A stretch of DNA of 64,000 bases from Camelus dromedarius. Lineage: Eukaryota. The notes beneath the pieces were generated by a model. That model saw only the letters and a list, made by a program, of their open reading frames with translations. It made no database searches and was not told where the DNA came from. Shown in pieces: positions 12,831 to 25,859 of the stretch. The stretch spans positions 97,900,001 through 97,964,000 of the forward strand of contig NC_087436.1 in the NCBI RefSeq assembly GCF_036321535.1, given 5' to 3'. The position numbers and the translations under genes were made by a program. Within the stretch, counting starts at the first letter, position 1. Each line of letters starts with the position of its first letter.

Positions 12831-15550
12831 CAGGTATCACCCCAGAGTAAATCCTGAGGTCTGGGCACAGTGATGGGTGGGACGATCTGTAGAAGCCAGT
12901 CCCACAGTGGTCCATCTAAAACCCTGACCTGCATGGCACAGTAGAAAACACTGCCCGCCCTGTCGGGAAGCCTCGTTGGGCATTGTTCCCACTGTGCAGG
13001 GCCTAACTGGCCAGGCCTTGTTAGACCATGCCTATCAGCCTGTAATACCCCCCATTCTGCCCATAAAGACACCAGATGGAACAGGATCTCAGGGCAGTCA
13101 CTGATGCCGGCAGGACATACACTCTATAATCCTTAATCCTTACATCCTGCTGGCCACTCTATCATCTACCAGCACCTGGTATTCAGTATTAGATTTAAAA
13201 TACACCTTCTTCTGTATCCCATTAGCCCCAGGGTCACAAGAAATCTTTGCTTTTGAGTGGCAGGACCAAAACATGGGACAAAAACAATACTGATGGATAA
13301 TCCTGCCCTGAGGGTTCAAAATTCCCCTACTATCTTTGGGGAAAATTTAGATAAGACCTAAAAAAAATCTACATCTGGAGGAGAGAAGCCTCTCCCATTA
13401 TGTAGACAACATTCCGATTGCCAGTCCTGCTAAGGAGGCCTCTGACAGAAATGCTGTAGCTACTCTGAACCACCTAACCAGTATATGACACAAAGTATCC
13501 AAGGAAAAAGGCTCAGATACTACAAACCAGGGTGGCCTGCTTAGACTTCATTCTCACAGAAGGTCAAACAACCTACCCCAGGACAGGAAAGCAGCCATTT
13601 GCAGCCTCATCCCTCCTAAAACTCGAGGACAGCTTAGGGGTTTCCTGGGGATGGCTGCGTTCTGCTGCATCTGGATCCCTAGCTCCGGAGAAGGGGAATC
13701 ATCCTTGGGGTATTAGTTCAAAAACTGGGACCCCTTACTCAGGTGGTTGCTTATTTATCTAAACAATTAGGTCAAGCCAGTGAGGGATGGCCTCCTTGCC
13801 TATAGGCAGTAGGAGCTACTTCAACCCTGCGAAAGGAGGCTGAAAAGTTAACATCTGGCCAGTCAATCACTATATGGACTCCCCACCAGGTTCAGGCCTT
13901 AGTTAGTTCTAAGAGAACAGAATGGCTATCCCACAGAAGGTTGACTCAAGCTCAGGCTATGCTTTTTAGATAACCCAGTGGCTACCATACAAAACTGTCA
14001 CAGCTAAATCCTGCCGCCCTGCTACCCACGGGAATAGGGCTCCTGGAGCACGACCGTATAGAAATTGTAGACATAATCTATTTCAGCCACTCTGACCAAG
14101 GAAGTGAGCCTCTCCCAAATGCTGAAGAGGAAGGGTTGACAGATGAGAATAATTCTATGAGAGAAGGAAAAAGGCTGGCAAGATATGCAGTAACCTCCCA
14201 GACCCCAGACCCACGTCATGGAAGCAAGAAGCCTACCCTCAGGGACTTCCATCCAAAAAGTGGTGCTGGTAGCCCTCACCCCAGATTTAGAGCTCAGGAC
14301 AGGGAAAATCTTAAATGTTTACAGATTTGCAGTATGCATATGCCATCCTACACACACATACAGGGCTATGTGAAAGGAAAGAGGTGTGCTTATTGTGCAG
14401 AATAAACAGGCGAAACATGGCTGAAGCATATTAAAGTTCTTAGAAGCAGTACAGCTTCCAAAAAACGTGCCAGTGATTCATCAAGGGGTCCTCAAAAGGG
14501 GGATGCGGAGGTAATACAGGGAAACAAGGAGGACACAACTGCCAAAAGGGTGGACCTAGAACCAGTAACTTGGCAGCTATTCCTTCACCTCCAGGGCCAG
14601 ATCCATCCAATTATTCCTCAGTCTACACAAATACTTCTTTCCCCGAACTGCGGCTTGTCAAGCCATCAGGAAGGCTCACAAGGAACTCACTATGGGAGGG
14701 AAGCCCTGTATAGTTACTTGGTTGAGGTCACAGCAACTTCTGCATGAAAAGTATAATCAGTCAGATAGATGAGACCTGCCCTTTCTGCACAATGACAATC
14801 CCAATACCAGAGTCCCCAGCGGCACCCAGATACGTCCCGTTCAGATCAGAAAGACATATCCTGGAGCACACTCCAGATTCATTTCACTGTCATGCCAAGA
14901 GTACTGGGCAACTTCAGGTGTCTCTTGGTGCTAATGGACACATTTTCTTGGTAGATAGAAGCATTCCTCACTAGAACTGAAAAAGCAGCTGAATCACTGG
15001 GAAAGTAGAGAGATCCAATTAGACCTTGAAACAGGCTTTGGCCAAGCTATGTGTCAGGAAACCGCAATTTCCCTGCTCTGTATGCAGTTAGCCCCAAGCG
15101 ATAAGTTTAAGTGCATTTGAACTCACTTAGGGTAGACCCATTCTCCAAGCCTGAGAGAAGGGGTATCTTAGTCCTCTGAAATGGAACAATTCAAGTGTGC
15201 CTTCCAGGTAGGAGAAACCATGAAAGCTCTCAGGGAATATGGTTACCAGGTGCTGCCTGCCCCCGCTGACAGGCCTTCCACCCCTCCCGGCCTGGAGACC
15301 AGGTACACCCCAAATCCTGGAAAACCACCAGCCCACAGATTCAGCTCACTCATAAGTAGAACAGACCCCACTTGGCGATCCCGACCAGCTGCGCTGCCCT
15401 GAAGCTGCAGGAGATTGCACCGTGGGAAATCACACTCAAGTGAAGAGGGCCCCCCGAGCCCCAAACTCCGGGGACAACCTGGGGCAACGGCCCCTTGACT
15501 AGTTGTGCGAACCTCTCTCTGATCTGAAGCTTCTCTTCTGAAAAACAACT
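12831..15550 (+). pseudogene. pol: pol remnant (RT, RNase H, integrase) with stops/frameshifts
   Basis: VNPEVWA; CNTPILPI; WYSVLDLK.TFFCIPL; FAFEW; LP*GF.NSPTIFG; YVDN 13399-13410; TDENNS...YAVT; THYG...CPFC; LLVLMDTFS; EPLSDLKLLF end. Confidence 0.93.
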
Positions 15551-15929
15551 GAAATGTGACCAGGGAGATTCAGGCCGTGGCAGTGAGCCTTGACATCAGG
15601 GCACACTTTTCCTGCAGGTAAAGTCCTAGATGCCTTCATTTTTTGGAAAAAGTCGATATGTGACCATCATTGTCCTGATAATAGTTGGGCCACTGTCTAG
15701 TATCCTTTGTCTCCAAAGGGTTAGACAAATGGTGGTCACTCAGGGACACAAACACTCAGGGCTGAGGCCTTGTGACAAACACATCTAAAGGCGGCTGGAG
15801 GAAGCTCTGCTCCTCTACCTGGGGTTACGATGATGCCCCAAATCAGCAGGAAGAAGTTACAGAATATGGACTTGCACCCCTCAGAGCCCTTCAAGAATGA
15901 GGGGCAGGACAAAAGACAGAGAAGGGATT

Positions 15930-16399
15930 TATCACCAGCAAAACCCATTAACAATTACTGGGAAATAAAAATAGAATCTAGGTTATAAAATACAAATCTA
16001 ACCTTTTTTTTTTCCTTATCCTTTGTGCTTAGTCGTCACTTGCTTCCACCTGGCCTTTCAGCATCCATAATGCAAAACGGCTGCATGGACACTTCAGCCC
16101 AGCAGGCCATGTGCAGAGACACGGCAACAGCACTGCCTGCGTGAGCCGCGCAGCTGCGCCTGCACCCGCACTGAGAGCGCTCCGCCCCCTCCCGCCCGTA
16201 GGAACCCCATACAGCAGCCCCGCCCATGGCTCGTCAGGGAGACCTCGTGTTCTAGAGCAAGAGCTGGCACCTCTTCATCCTTTGATCAAAGAGTAAAGCT
16301 TTCCTTTGCTTCTGAACCAAACTTGGTCACATTCTATTGGCGTGAGCAACCCCCAGTGGGAGGAACCTGCTGAGGACCAACTCCGGAGGGTCAGTAACA
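15930..16399 (+). repeat. 3' LTR of inner ERV1
   Basis: Preceded by purine tract aaaagacagagaaggga; ends cagtaACA; homologous to 5' LTR. Confidence 0.88.
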
Positions 16400-16825
16400 C
16401 TCCTAGCTTTTGCAACTTCAGGCTAAGGTCTCCAATTTATCATCCTGCTCTCCAACCTTATCTGCCAGCCCGAAGCTAGCAGAGTGGTGGACACCTGCAG
16501 GCCCTTCCCTAACCGCAGCTCTTCTTCCAACTTTCTAACTGGAATTGAACTTCACCTCCGGTTGGGCATGAGCAGAGAGTGAACCTGCCCACAGTAGAGG
16601 CCAGCCCACTACCCAGGCAATTCATCCCCCTTCTTTGCCGCAGGGCATTCTGCACAGTTCCTTAAACAAGTGCATCAAATCAGCCTGAGTTTTTGAAGCA
16701 TCTCAGTAGTCACACAGTGGTCCACAAACATCTAACACACAGGCCAGCTCTCCTCACACAGAAGTAGATGGTTAACTGAAGATTTCCCCTGCAAATGCCT
16801 CTTTTTCAACAACGATCTCATTCTC
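16400..16825 (-). pseudogene. gag: Outer ERV gag N-terminal remnant (class III/ERVL-like)
   Basis: GELACVLDVCGP, IAWVVGWPLLWA, VRKLEEELRL...ADKVGEQDDKLETLA: ERVL/HERV-S-type gag N-terminal pattern. Confidence 0.6.
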
Positions 16826-16842
16826 TGACCTGACTTGTCAAT

Positions 16843-17120
16843 TGTTGGTTTGCATTTTGGGAGCTTCCCAGGGTGAAATCTGAAACTGGCCTCTGTACAT
16901 GGAGGGCAAACATAGTACAAAGAAAGAAGCAGATCACTCCAGATGGGTAGGTGGCAGGGTTAAAAAGCCAAGGAACTTACATACCAGGTTTGTCTTTGGT
17001 GGCCAAAAGACAGGTGGATCCTGGCACTCACCTGCAGGAATCTTAAAAGTTTATTTAACTGGGTGCAATCACATACTCAGTCCAGATGGTCTCAGCACAC
17101 ACTATTTTCTCTCAAAGACT
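16843..17120 (-). mobile_element. Truncated 5' LTR of outer ERV
   Basis: Homologous to 9700-9960; followed on minus strand by a decayed PBS-like TGACAAGTCAGG. Confidence 0.75.
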
Positions 17121-17319
17121 AAGAATTTCTTCTAAGGTATGTGTGACAACTCAAAGGAAACTGTGTACCAGAAAGGAATGGGGCATTAATTGACAAGTTT
17201 GAGTTTTTCCAGCATACAGAGGTGGGAAGACAATTGTGCAAAATATTAGCTCAATTATGTCTGTGCTGCATGTTTGATGAACACTCTAACCTCTGAATTT
17301 CGCCCCCTTCCTGCCAGGT

Positions 17320-17640
17320 AAGTACAGTTAGAATTGTTTTTATTTTTGTAAGTGAAGGAACTGATGTTTAAATAGTGAAACTAACTGTTCAAGGTAGCAA
17401 GTGGAGGAGCAGTGCTTTGGATCTGTAAAATCAAGTTTCAAATTTTAGAATCCTAAGACAATGTATACTGTGTATAAGAGGTTAATATATGTAGAAAACT
17501 TACTTAAGTATCTCCTAGTATAGCTTCCCCAGGACTGAACCAGGCTCCCCTGGATCATTCTGCATCCCTGAGTATACAACTGTGTTTTAAATACTGTAGG
17601 CGGTTAAAATATGTTTGTACAATTAATAAAAGAACAGTTA
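17320..17640. mobile_element. MIR and L2-end fragments
   Basis: tttgtaagtgaaggaactgatgttt...aactgttcaaggt (MIR core-like); L2 tail-like text near 17590-17630. Confidence 0.5.
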
Positions 17641-17649
17641 ATTTTCCTC

Positions 17650-20600
17650 CTATCATACAGAATTGCAGGCCTTCACAAACACAGTCATTTTTCTCAGCTT
17701 TTTCCATAATGAATCACCTTCACACATAATCTGTTTATCAGTGAGTTCTTCAGAGTTCACTATATTGCTTTCCACAGAAAAAAATCACCATTGGTTCTCT
17801 GCAAGCTTTAAATATTTGAAAAAAAACTAGTGATGTACATTTGGAAGAATAGCCCTGATCTGAAGGAAATACATCAAGTATCATGCTCTAAGGTTAATTA
17901 ATGATGAATTATGCCTACACTATTTAAACAAAGAACATATATAAAAATGGGCATAAACATAAAATGCTGTGAATTTGCTTCTTGATGTGATTCACAAACT
18001 GAAAGACTGTGCTTAGAAGGATTTAAAAGAGGACAGATGGATTTGGGAAACTATCTGAAAAGCATGCAGAATTGTAAAAGACAATTAATGGCCCATATGC
18101 AATGCAGTTTAGAGCTAAGTGTTGTTTAAGGAATCATTAAATAAGTCATAAAGCTGTGGTGTGTTACCAAGTCAAAGAAGGAGAACGCTGTCCAAATCAT
18201 TGTCTTCCACTTGCTTTGCCCTTGACGTACACCCTCTCTTCTCACGTCGGTAGTCTCAGTTTTGTTAAACTCTAGAACATGGAGTTACATGATTTGAGAA
18301 AACCACCTTCATATACTGCATGTACGTTTTACTGCTGCATAACAAATTACCACAAACATAATGGCTTAAAACAACTCACTCACTTAGTTAAAATCAATGT
18401 GTTGGAGGTACTGTATTTCTTTTTTGTGGTTGTAGAGGTGAATCTATTTCCTTATCTTTTCCATTTTAGACAGCCCATCAATGAACCAGTTTCTTTGGTC
18501 TATAATTGCAAAAAATTGTATTTCATATTTATCAAACTGATCTTAATAAATTGTTTTTTCACTTCTATATCATCTATTTATTTCCAGATCACTTCCGTGC
18601 ACGTACCTGCCTTCACCATTTGCCCACTTATGAATAGTGTCAAGTCAATTTTGGTTATTATAAAAGTTAATTTTCACATTATTTTTTGGCATAACAATCA
18701 TTCAGAGTCATTCTGCAAATATATAATGGAGTTCTTCCTATTGCATAGCTAACTGAGTAAGATTTTTTCTTAGAAATGCATTGTTCATTTAAGTAACTCA
18801 AGTATAAAAACATCAATTAAGATAGTATCATATAAAAAGTCCTACTCTGAGATTGTGCTTATATGATCGGTTTTACCACCATCATTAGAGGTTAGGGTAC
18901 AGCTCTCTGTCCCTTTGCATTCATCTTATAATTTGTCTAATAACTGCGATAAATCTTCCTCTGCCAATTTTCTTCTCTTTGTGATTATGGAAGAAAACGA
19001 AAATTCTGAATTCTCACCTAAGTTTAATGAAGCCTAAAAAAAAAAAAAGTTAAATAATACTACAAATAATGTCTCCAGAGTCCCTTTATACATTTTTTGA
19101 AAGATGATGCAAAATTTTTGGCAATGCAGTAAGAAAAGTTAAGAATATTGAAAACTGATTATTTCAGCACTATATCATCTTCTGGGCAATTCTATCATTC
19201 TTCCCTTTTCATATTATTGTAGTCCCTTTTTTAGCATAGTTTGAATAATTGCTGAGTAATAAGTAACTAATTCTTAGGATAATTACACATCAAATTTTTA
19301 ATAGTTAGAAAAATTAATATTCCAGTTTTTTATAATGTATCTTAGATTTACAAGATCATCCATGAGACCACATGGCAATTATAATGTGGAGTAAGTTTTA
19401 AATTTCATTTAAAAATTTAGTTATTTTTTTGAAAATCTCGAAGAAAGAATAAAAATGGTGAAGTAACAATGCTTACAAAGAGTCACAAGTACTCAAAAAA
19501 GAAAGTCAAGAACTGAAATTGGATTCAGTTGACCTTGATCATATACCAACAGTTAATACTTTCTGCATCGGAAAGTAAATAAAATAAATGCATCATTTGC
19601 AGGCCCATCCCTGCTCTTAATGTATATGGGAAATGCCAGCATTTAGATTTCATATTTAGTATGCAAATGGGTGCTACAGAGAACTGCCAGATCTTATGTA
19701 GAACAGTTTGTTTTTAGGTGGCACTTACATTGTTAACATATGAACAAATTGGTTAAATCCTCATTTTACATTTGGAGCAAATGTACATGTAACAGATTAC
19801 CAAAAATACCATAAATTTCTGAGATCATAACAAAACACTTTTTAACATTTATTTGCAGGTAAATCTACATTTGATTTAAACTCCTAACAAATATTTGTAT
19901 ACACATATACATATGAAGTTATGTGCCATTTTATATGCATTTTGCACTGGTTTTATCTCAGTTTCCAGACCCTTGTTTAAGTAAATATGGTTTGAAAACA
20001 GACAAGAATTAATAGGTTTGGGTAAATTAACGTCCTGCAACAATGCCTCAGGTTTGATTAGTCTTAACGGATTTCTGCTCTAAACGTTTATCTACAAAGT
20101 AAGACATAGGTATCCCTAAGCTTATGGGGCAGGCTAACCTAGAGGTAAATACTTTAAAAATCATCACATTAATTATTTAGGTAAAGCCACTCTTGAAGAA
20201 CTATTTAATTTAATCAGCCCTAAAACTTAGGAGAAAAAGAAAATAAGGCTGTTTTCACACCCTGAAAGTTTCGAGTAATTAGCAAATTAATTCTCATTTG
20301 ATCTTTATGAATTAGTATATGTGGTCATTTGCTTCAGAATTCCTAGGAAAAACACATATAGGTAGAAACAGACAGTGACTGATAATGTCCTCATATTTTG
20401 ATAATATCAGTTATTCTACAGATAGACTGTAATTACCACCAATGTTTGTTGGGCACAAATATAAATGCTGTATCTGCAAAACATATAAGCTGATGGACAG
20501 ATATTACATTGTAATTAATCTGATCTCTTCAACAGCAAGTGTAGTCAATATAGATGACAGCACAAGTTGACTGAATATCCTGCTCTAATTTTCCTTCCTT

Positions 20601-23340
20601 CATCGGCCTCAGCAGACTAACAGACTACTTTCAATATCAAAATCTTCATCAAGTCCTCTTCCAAAAACTCTCCAGGCAATCATGGAAAATTGTCATTACT
20701 AGCATGTTTCCCAAATTCTCATTGTCCCTCAAGCACTCTTGTAAATTGCTGAAAATGACAGGCAGGTTTGAAGTTAAGATAAAAAACTTAATAAAAATAA
20801 TTCAGAATATGGAAATTAAATATTTCTTTCTTAGAGACACCACAAATAGATTCCTTTATCTATAACTCATAAAAAATGGCTAAAAGGACAGGACCACTAC
20901 TAGGATGATCTTTCCAAGGCCTCTCAGTATAAGAATCATATTTATTCTTGCTGTAGTCCATGAATGGCTCAATCATTTAAGATATTGCTTCTCTTTTTTT
21001 CCTCCAAGTAAGGCTCAGAAAAACAGGGACATATCACACTCTTTTAACCCAGAATAGAGCCATAAGCAAAGTCAGAATCAATTAGGCCAAATCAAAATTC
21101 AGATACCATTGAGATCTAATGCAAACAATTTCAAATCACTAAAGGAAAGATTAACATCAGAGTCATAGAGCTAAGTATTTTCAAGTTAGCTTAAAAAACA
21201 TAATGGCAGACAAGTTGGGAAAGGGTAGGTGGGGTGGAGTGTCCTCGAACAATTACTTCAACTTCAGCAGGTTTTCATGGTCAAATTTCTAGGGTTAATT
21301 ACTATGTCCATGTTGGAGAGCTCAGATGATGAAAATGGAAGGCAACACAGGGTTTAGGGCACTTAGGAGTAGCATGTGACCAAGGAACATGGAAATGATT
21401 TGTATTTTCAAGGCAACTGAATAGGAGGCAGCGTATTTGATTGACTTGATAATGTTGACCAGCCCTAGCAAGCAATCTTTCCATTTTCATCAGAAGCAAG
21501 TGGTATGAATGTGTCAAATGGAAGGCCAGGTCGCATTTGGAAATCACATTTTATCTCGGAGATTTCAATTTCTATCAGCATATAACAGGTAACTCTCTTG
21601 ACATATTGTCAGATGTCCTGTTGCTCTTTCTGTGTGTCCCACTCTCACTCAATATCACTGAGGTACTGATTGAACATTGATGTTTTGTTGCAATCTTGTT
21701 ACAGAAAAGTGGCAGGATAGAAAGTACATTTATCATGGAGTGGTGTTTCATGAGTGGGAGTATATGCAGTGAATTGCCATAGAAAACATTGTCATGGCCA
21801 GAGAAGATGTGGGGTTGGTAGTTTTCGATTTAATCCTAACAGAGCTGTAATAGTGTAGACATTTTCCCAAGGTCCACTTGATATTTCTATATAGCAATTG
21901 GACTATGAGTGATGGTTAATGGACAGGCAGCTACAGACAGGGACAGTTTTGAACAATTTTTTTTTCAGTATCATAATAAAACCTACAATGACTGTTGGTG
22001 ATAAAATAGTTTCTGGAGACATAACATTTCTTTGATAAAATGAGATGAATTTGCTGAGGCAAACCACAGAGATGACAGGGATATTACTAATGAGGCCATA
22101 TCCTAACAGAAATTATGGGTGAGATTAGATTGATTATAAATGTCATAGTAATGTCACAGAGTACTCAGTATGTCAGTGAATAGTGATTTTTGAAACTGTG
22201 TCTGGGACACATAAAAGGCAGGATTTGGGAATATCATTCCACTATGTTCAAAGACATAGTAAAGTACATTTAACATTCTTAATAAACTATGTTGACCTCA
22301 AAGATGGGATTATGGAAAAAAGTAGAGCTCTTATCAGTAAGTCAGTGACACACTTGTACGTGATGGCTCATTCTGGATCTTAACCCAGGGGTTGGTATGT
22401 GTAGCTATTGCTTTATTTTGGCCACTTGATATAGCTTATCTTCAGATGTGGCTAAAAAGGAAAATCTACAAATTTTCAAGTGTGATGAGCTCTTGATATT
22501 CTTTCATTGATGCACTACTTAAATGAAAGGTCATCTGCTCAGTGGTCCTCTTTTTGTGGTCTCTACTGAAGGGGCAGCACACAATGCTCAAAAAATGTAT
22601 TTGCTTCATAAGCCTGAGATTTCTCCTTTGCTTATCTTGTTTCTAGTTTGAGGGTTCAGATGTTTGAAAAAAAAAAGGACTGGACTCTCATAAAGTCAAG
22701 TCACCACATATTAAATCACTCACTGATTAGTCGGCTCTGGTCCCATCATGTAACTGACTTCTGCTGTGAATAGCATGCTTCGATACTCATAGGGTCATTG
22801 GTTTTTATATCTACTGGAGTAATGCTACGAAGATTGTTGATGTCTGGGCAGGGGTCAGGAGTGGGGGAAGAAGGATTATAACACACTAGAATTAAGGCAG
22901 ACAAGCAGGTTATGGATTCCTGAAATGCTGTGGCTGAGGCTGGTGAAAAACACCAGAGATTCAGTCATTCTTACGGTTTACAAGGGTTTCACAAGGGTAA
23001 AGTTTTTTGACTGATACTTGTGATCTTGTCACTGGCAATGTAAACACCTCTTATTGGGTTAACATATTCAGGTAACGGTTTAATTACAAATTTTTCATGG
23101 CACAGTCACTGAGACAGATATCGCCTCTCATGATCTCAATGAGGATCCAGCGTGTACTCCAGACTGGCTGGTCTTTGTTGTTGCTGTTGTTATTTTTAGT
23201 TTTCCGGGGATGGGGTTAGGCTGGTTTCCCAATAGGATCCAATTAGTTTCTTCATTATTGGAAGCCTTGGGATTCTCAATAATGGCTTTGATGATGTTTA
23301 AGTTGAATTCCCATAATTGAAACCCCACTAGGAGCAGGAG
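17650..23340 (-). other. Longest nearly uninterrupted scrambled bornavirus-like array segment
   Basis: HNLRV 18843-18857; ELYPNL 18888-18905; TALPKILHHLSK 19095-19130; QLNPISVL 19508-19531; APIC 19663-19674; TFRAE 20073-20087; QMTTYT 20314-20331 (exact N); FADTA 20466-20480; VIYIDY 20541-20558; ILILRGL 20916-20936; EVIVRG ~21242-21259 (M); LCCLP 21336-21350; HILPLMKHHSM 21734-21766; GKMSTLLQL 21842-21868 (N); KKLFKTVPVCSCL 21924-21962; KISKGEISGL within 22609-22647; YVNPIR 23049-23066 (M). Confidence 0.88.
18320..18470 (-). mobile_element. MLT1 fragment inside the viral array
   Basis: ctgctgcataacaaattaccacaaacataatggcttaaaacaac is a typical antisense MLT1 end. Confidence 0.75.
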
Positions 23341-23404
23341 AAAGGGGCACTGTGTTGCAAGTTAATAAGAAAAAAAAAAATCAGTTTAAGTATCCTCATA
23401 TCCA

Positions 23405-23615
23405 AATATTGATTAGCTGGGGGTCTCCAGAGAAACAGAAACAGCACTAATAGTGTGTGTGCGCGTGTCTGTACCTGTCTGTGTTGGTGGAAAAGACAGA
23501 GAGAGAAAGAGACTCTTAGGATTGGCCTCAGGCAGTTGTGGGGGCTGCCAAGCCCAAAATCTAGAGGGCAGCCAAGCCAGCCGGAAAGCACAAGAAGGGC
23601 TGATGTTGCTGTGGG
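23405..23615 (-). mobile_element. MLT2 LTR fragment
   Basis: gggtctccagagaaacagaa...gttgtggggctgccaagcccaaaatc...gctgatgttgc. Confidence 0.8.
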
Positions 23616-23689
23616 TCTAGTCCAATGGCAATCTTAGCTACATCAGTAAAACCACAGCTTTTTATCATTTCTGAATCAGTTCCAGGAAT

Positions 23690-23930
23690 TCACTCATCCA
23701 TTCTGGAGACATTTTCTCAGTGCCTACTCTTGTAGCAGGAACTGTTCTAGATATTGAGGAGAGTACACTGAACAAAACTGACAAGATACTGCCCCCACGA
23801 AATTTTTTTCAATTGTGGTGGTGCTGGGAGAAGGGGAGACATTTATATAGACCATATAGAGTATCAGAGGTGCACATGTGCTATGGGGAAGAACAAAGCA
23901 GTGGAGGAAAGGGTGCCAGGCAATCTGCTG
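23690..23930 (-). mobile_element. L2 3' end
   Basis: cactcatccatt...agtgcctact...ggaactgttctagatattgagga. Confidence 0.7.
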
Positions 23931-24800
23931 TAATCTCCCCTGAAGAGGACTGCTGCTTTCTGTCTGGTGCTTTTAAACTTGCTGGCAGCCCAAACAAAAT
24001 TCTAGAAATACTGTCTTCCTCAGTTTCTCCACAAAACAACAGCCAGCACAGTTCGTAAGAGGTTATAGCAGCTGGAGAAGGACAAGTACTTAAAGGGTGA
24101 TCTTTGATTTTTTTTTCTAGGTAATGGAGATAAAGAGGGGAAGTAAATATATTCTGAAAAAATTGTACTTAGAGGTACAGATGGAGAGGACCACTTCATA
24201 ACAAACCAACATGACTAACTACATAAGCTTATTTACTGACATAAATTAAGCACTGAAAAACTCCAAACTTATGATATGTACTTACTCAAAACCCTTCGAT
24301 TCTTCACTACCCAGTCACAACACCTTGAAAACTGTTATAAGCCTAACATAAAAATTATAAGGAAAAGCATGTCATACTCTCCAATTTGAGTAAATGCAGC
24401 TGAATTTTCATGCAATTATATCAGCATCAATAGTTTCACTGAGCTACTGACTAGAGAAGCATTGCCCTGCCCGGTAACATGTTCTTGATTTGAGGTTATG
24501 CTAATCTTGTAACCTTGACCAAAGAACTTTAAAATTAAAAATTAGATAACTTATAAGATGGAATTAGCTACTTTAAGTACTCAATAGCCAATTAACTTGG
24601 TGACCTTCTAGGCATGACATGGGGAGATTGTGTAAAAGAATGTAGAGAGCAGAGAATATTCAGCCAGTGACCTTAAGGATTAAAGAAAATATTAATGATG
24701 AGCATAATGAAGAGAATTTCATTAGCAGACAATTCATGCATTTGATATATACCAATTAACTGACTGGAATAATTACTTGGCTCTGACTTTTTTTTTTAAC
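23930..24800 (-). other. Scrambled bornavirus-like fragment array segment
   Basis: LFGLPASL ~23974-23997 (L LVGLPAGL); AYVVSHVG 24205-24228 (G GYIVNGVG); GRAML 24457-24471 (G GKAML); LHSFTQS 24625-24645 (L LHSFSKS). Confidence 0.75.
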
Positions 24801-24999
24801 TTCACTCTCTTCTTTTACATGGCTTTTAAAAGCACAATTAATACTAAGATCCCCTGAGCTCTAGTTTACATTATTTATATGGGTTTAATTAGAAACCATA
24901 GGCAATATATAAAAGGTATATCCTAAGGACAATTTATCATATATTAAATTGGTTTTAGTTTTATAGTTTAAAAAAATCATTACATTTGTTAGACTTATG

Positions 25000-25840
25000 T
25001 TTATCAACACACTCAAAAATATCAAATAAACATCTATTATGTGGCAGATTCTACATGCTGGGATACAGTAAATAAAACAAGAAATGCAGCCATCTTGAAA
25101 TGCACAAGACATTCTAGCAGGAAAGGGAATTAATAAACAAAAAAGTAAGACATTCTAGTAGGGGAGAGAGTTAATAAACAAAAAAGTAAAACATAGTATT
25201 TTACATAGTGAATACCACGGAGAACAAATAAGTTAGAGAGGAATGAGATGTTAGCAGGAAGCAGGTTACGTTTCAAATAGAATATTCATCTGTGGCTAAG
25301 GTGACATAAGCATAATGACTTTGAATGTGGTCAGGGAGCAAGTTGTATGTTTACATGTTAGGGAAAAATATAAAGGTGAAAGAGAACACTTCCAAGCTGT
25401 GAAATTGCCTGGGATATTTCAGAAACACCTGTAAGATTGAATGACTGGAGAGGAATGATGGAGGGTGAGATGAAGGCCAAGAAATAATAAGGGTGTAGGT
25501 CATATAGGACACTTTACACGACTGTAGGATATTTGGCTTTGATTGTGAGATGGGAAGCCATTGCTGATGAGTGGAAAAATCATATAACTTTGCTTATATG
25601 TTAAAATAATTACTTTCACTGTCATGCTGTCTATGGTCTGTGAATGGCAAAAATGGGTTACCATGTTGGAGTCTATATGACAGTGGATGTTGGCAGAGTG
25701 ATGATGCAAGATGTGAATATAAGTAATTGTATTCTAGACAAGTTTTGAACAGAGTCAACAAGAGTTGAGGGTGTACACGGGGACTGAGAAAGACAGAGGG
25801 ATTAAAGATGATTCCAGCGTTTTACCCTGAACAACTGGAC
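25000..25840 (-). mobile_element. L2 fragment
   Basis: Antisense L2 text (gatgggaagccattg...aaagatgattccagcgttttaccctgaacaactgg). Confidence 0.75.
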
Positions 25841-25859
25841 TAGAAAATGAAAGCATCTA

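Larger units (their letters stand above)
10856..16399 (+). mobile_element. Class I (ERV1, gamma-like) provirus, internally deleted, nested in outer ERV
   Basis: LTRs 10856-11408 and 15930-16399, 4-bp TSD CTCC (10852-10855 / 16400-16403), PBS, pol motifs, PPT before 3' LTR. Confidence 0.92.

Noticed and set aside
18279..18752. 157-aa plus-strand ORF
   Set aside because: Spans an MLT1 fragment and the antisense strand of the viral array; no protein family resemblance
21200..23330. Intact or collinear EBLL pseudogene, or ERVL/Gypsy internal region
   Set aside because: No retroviral motifs; L matches are out of order and mixed with N and M pieces
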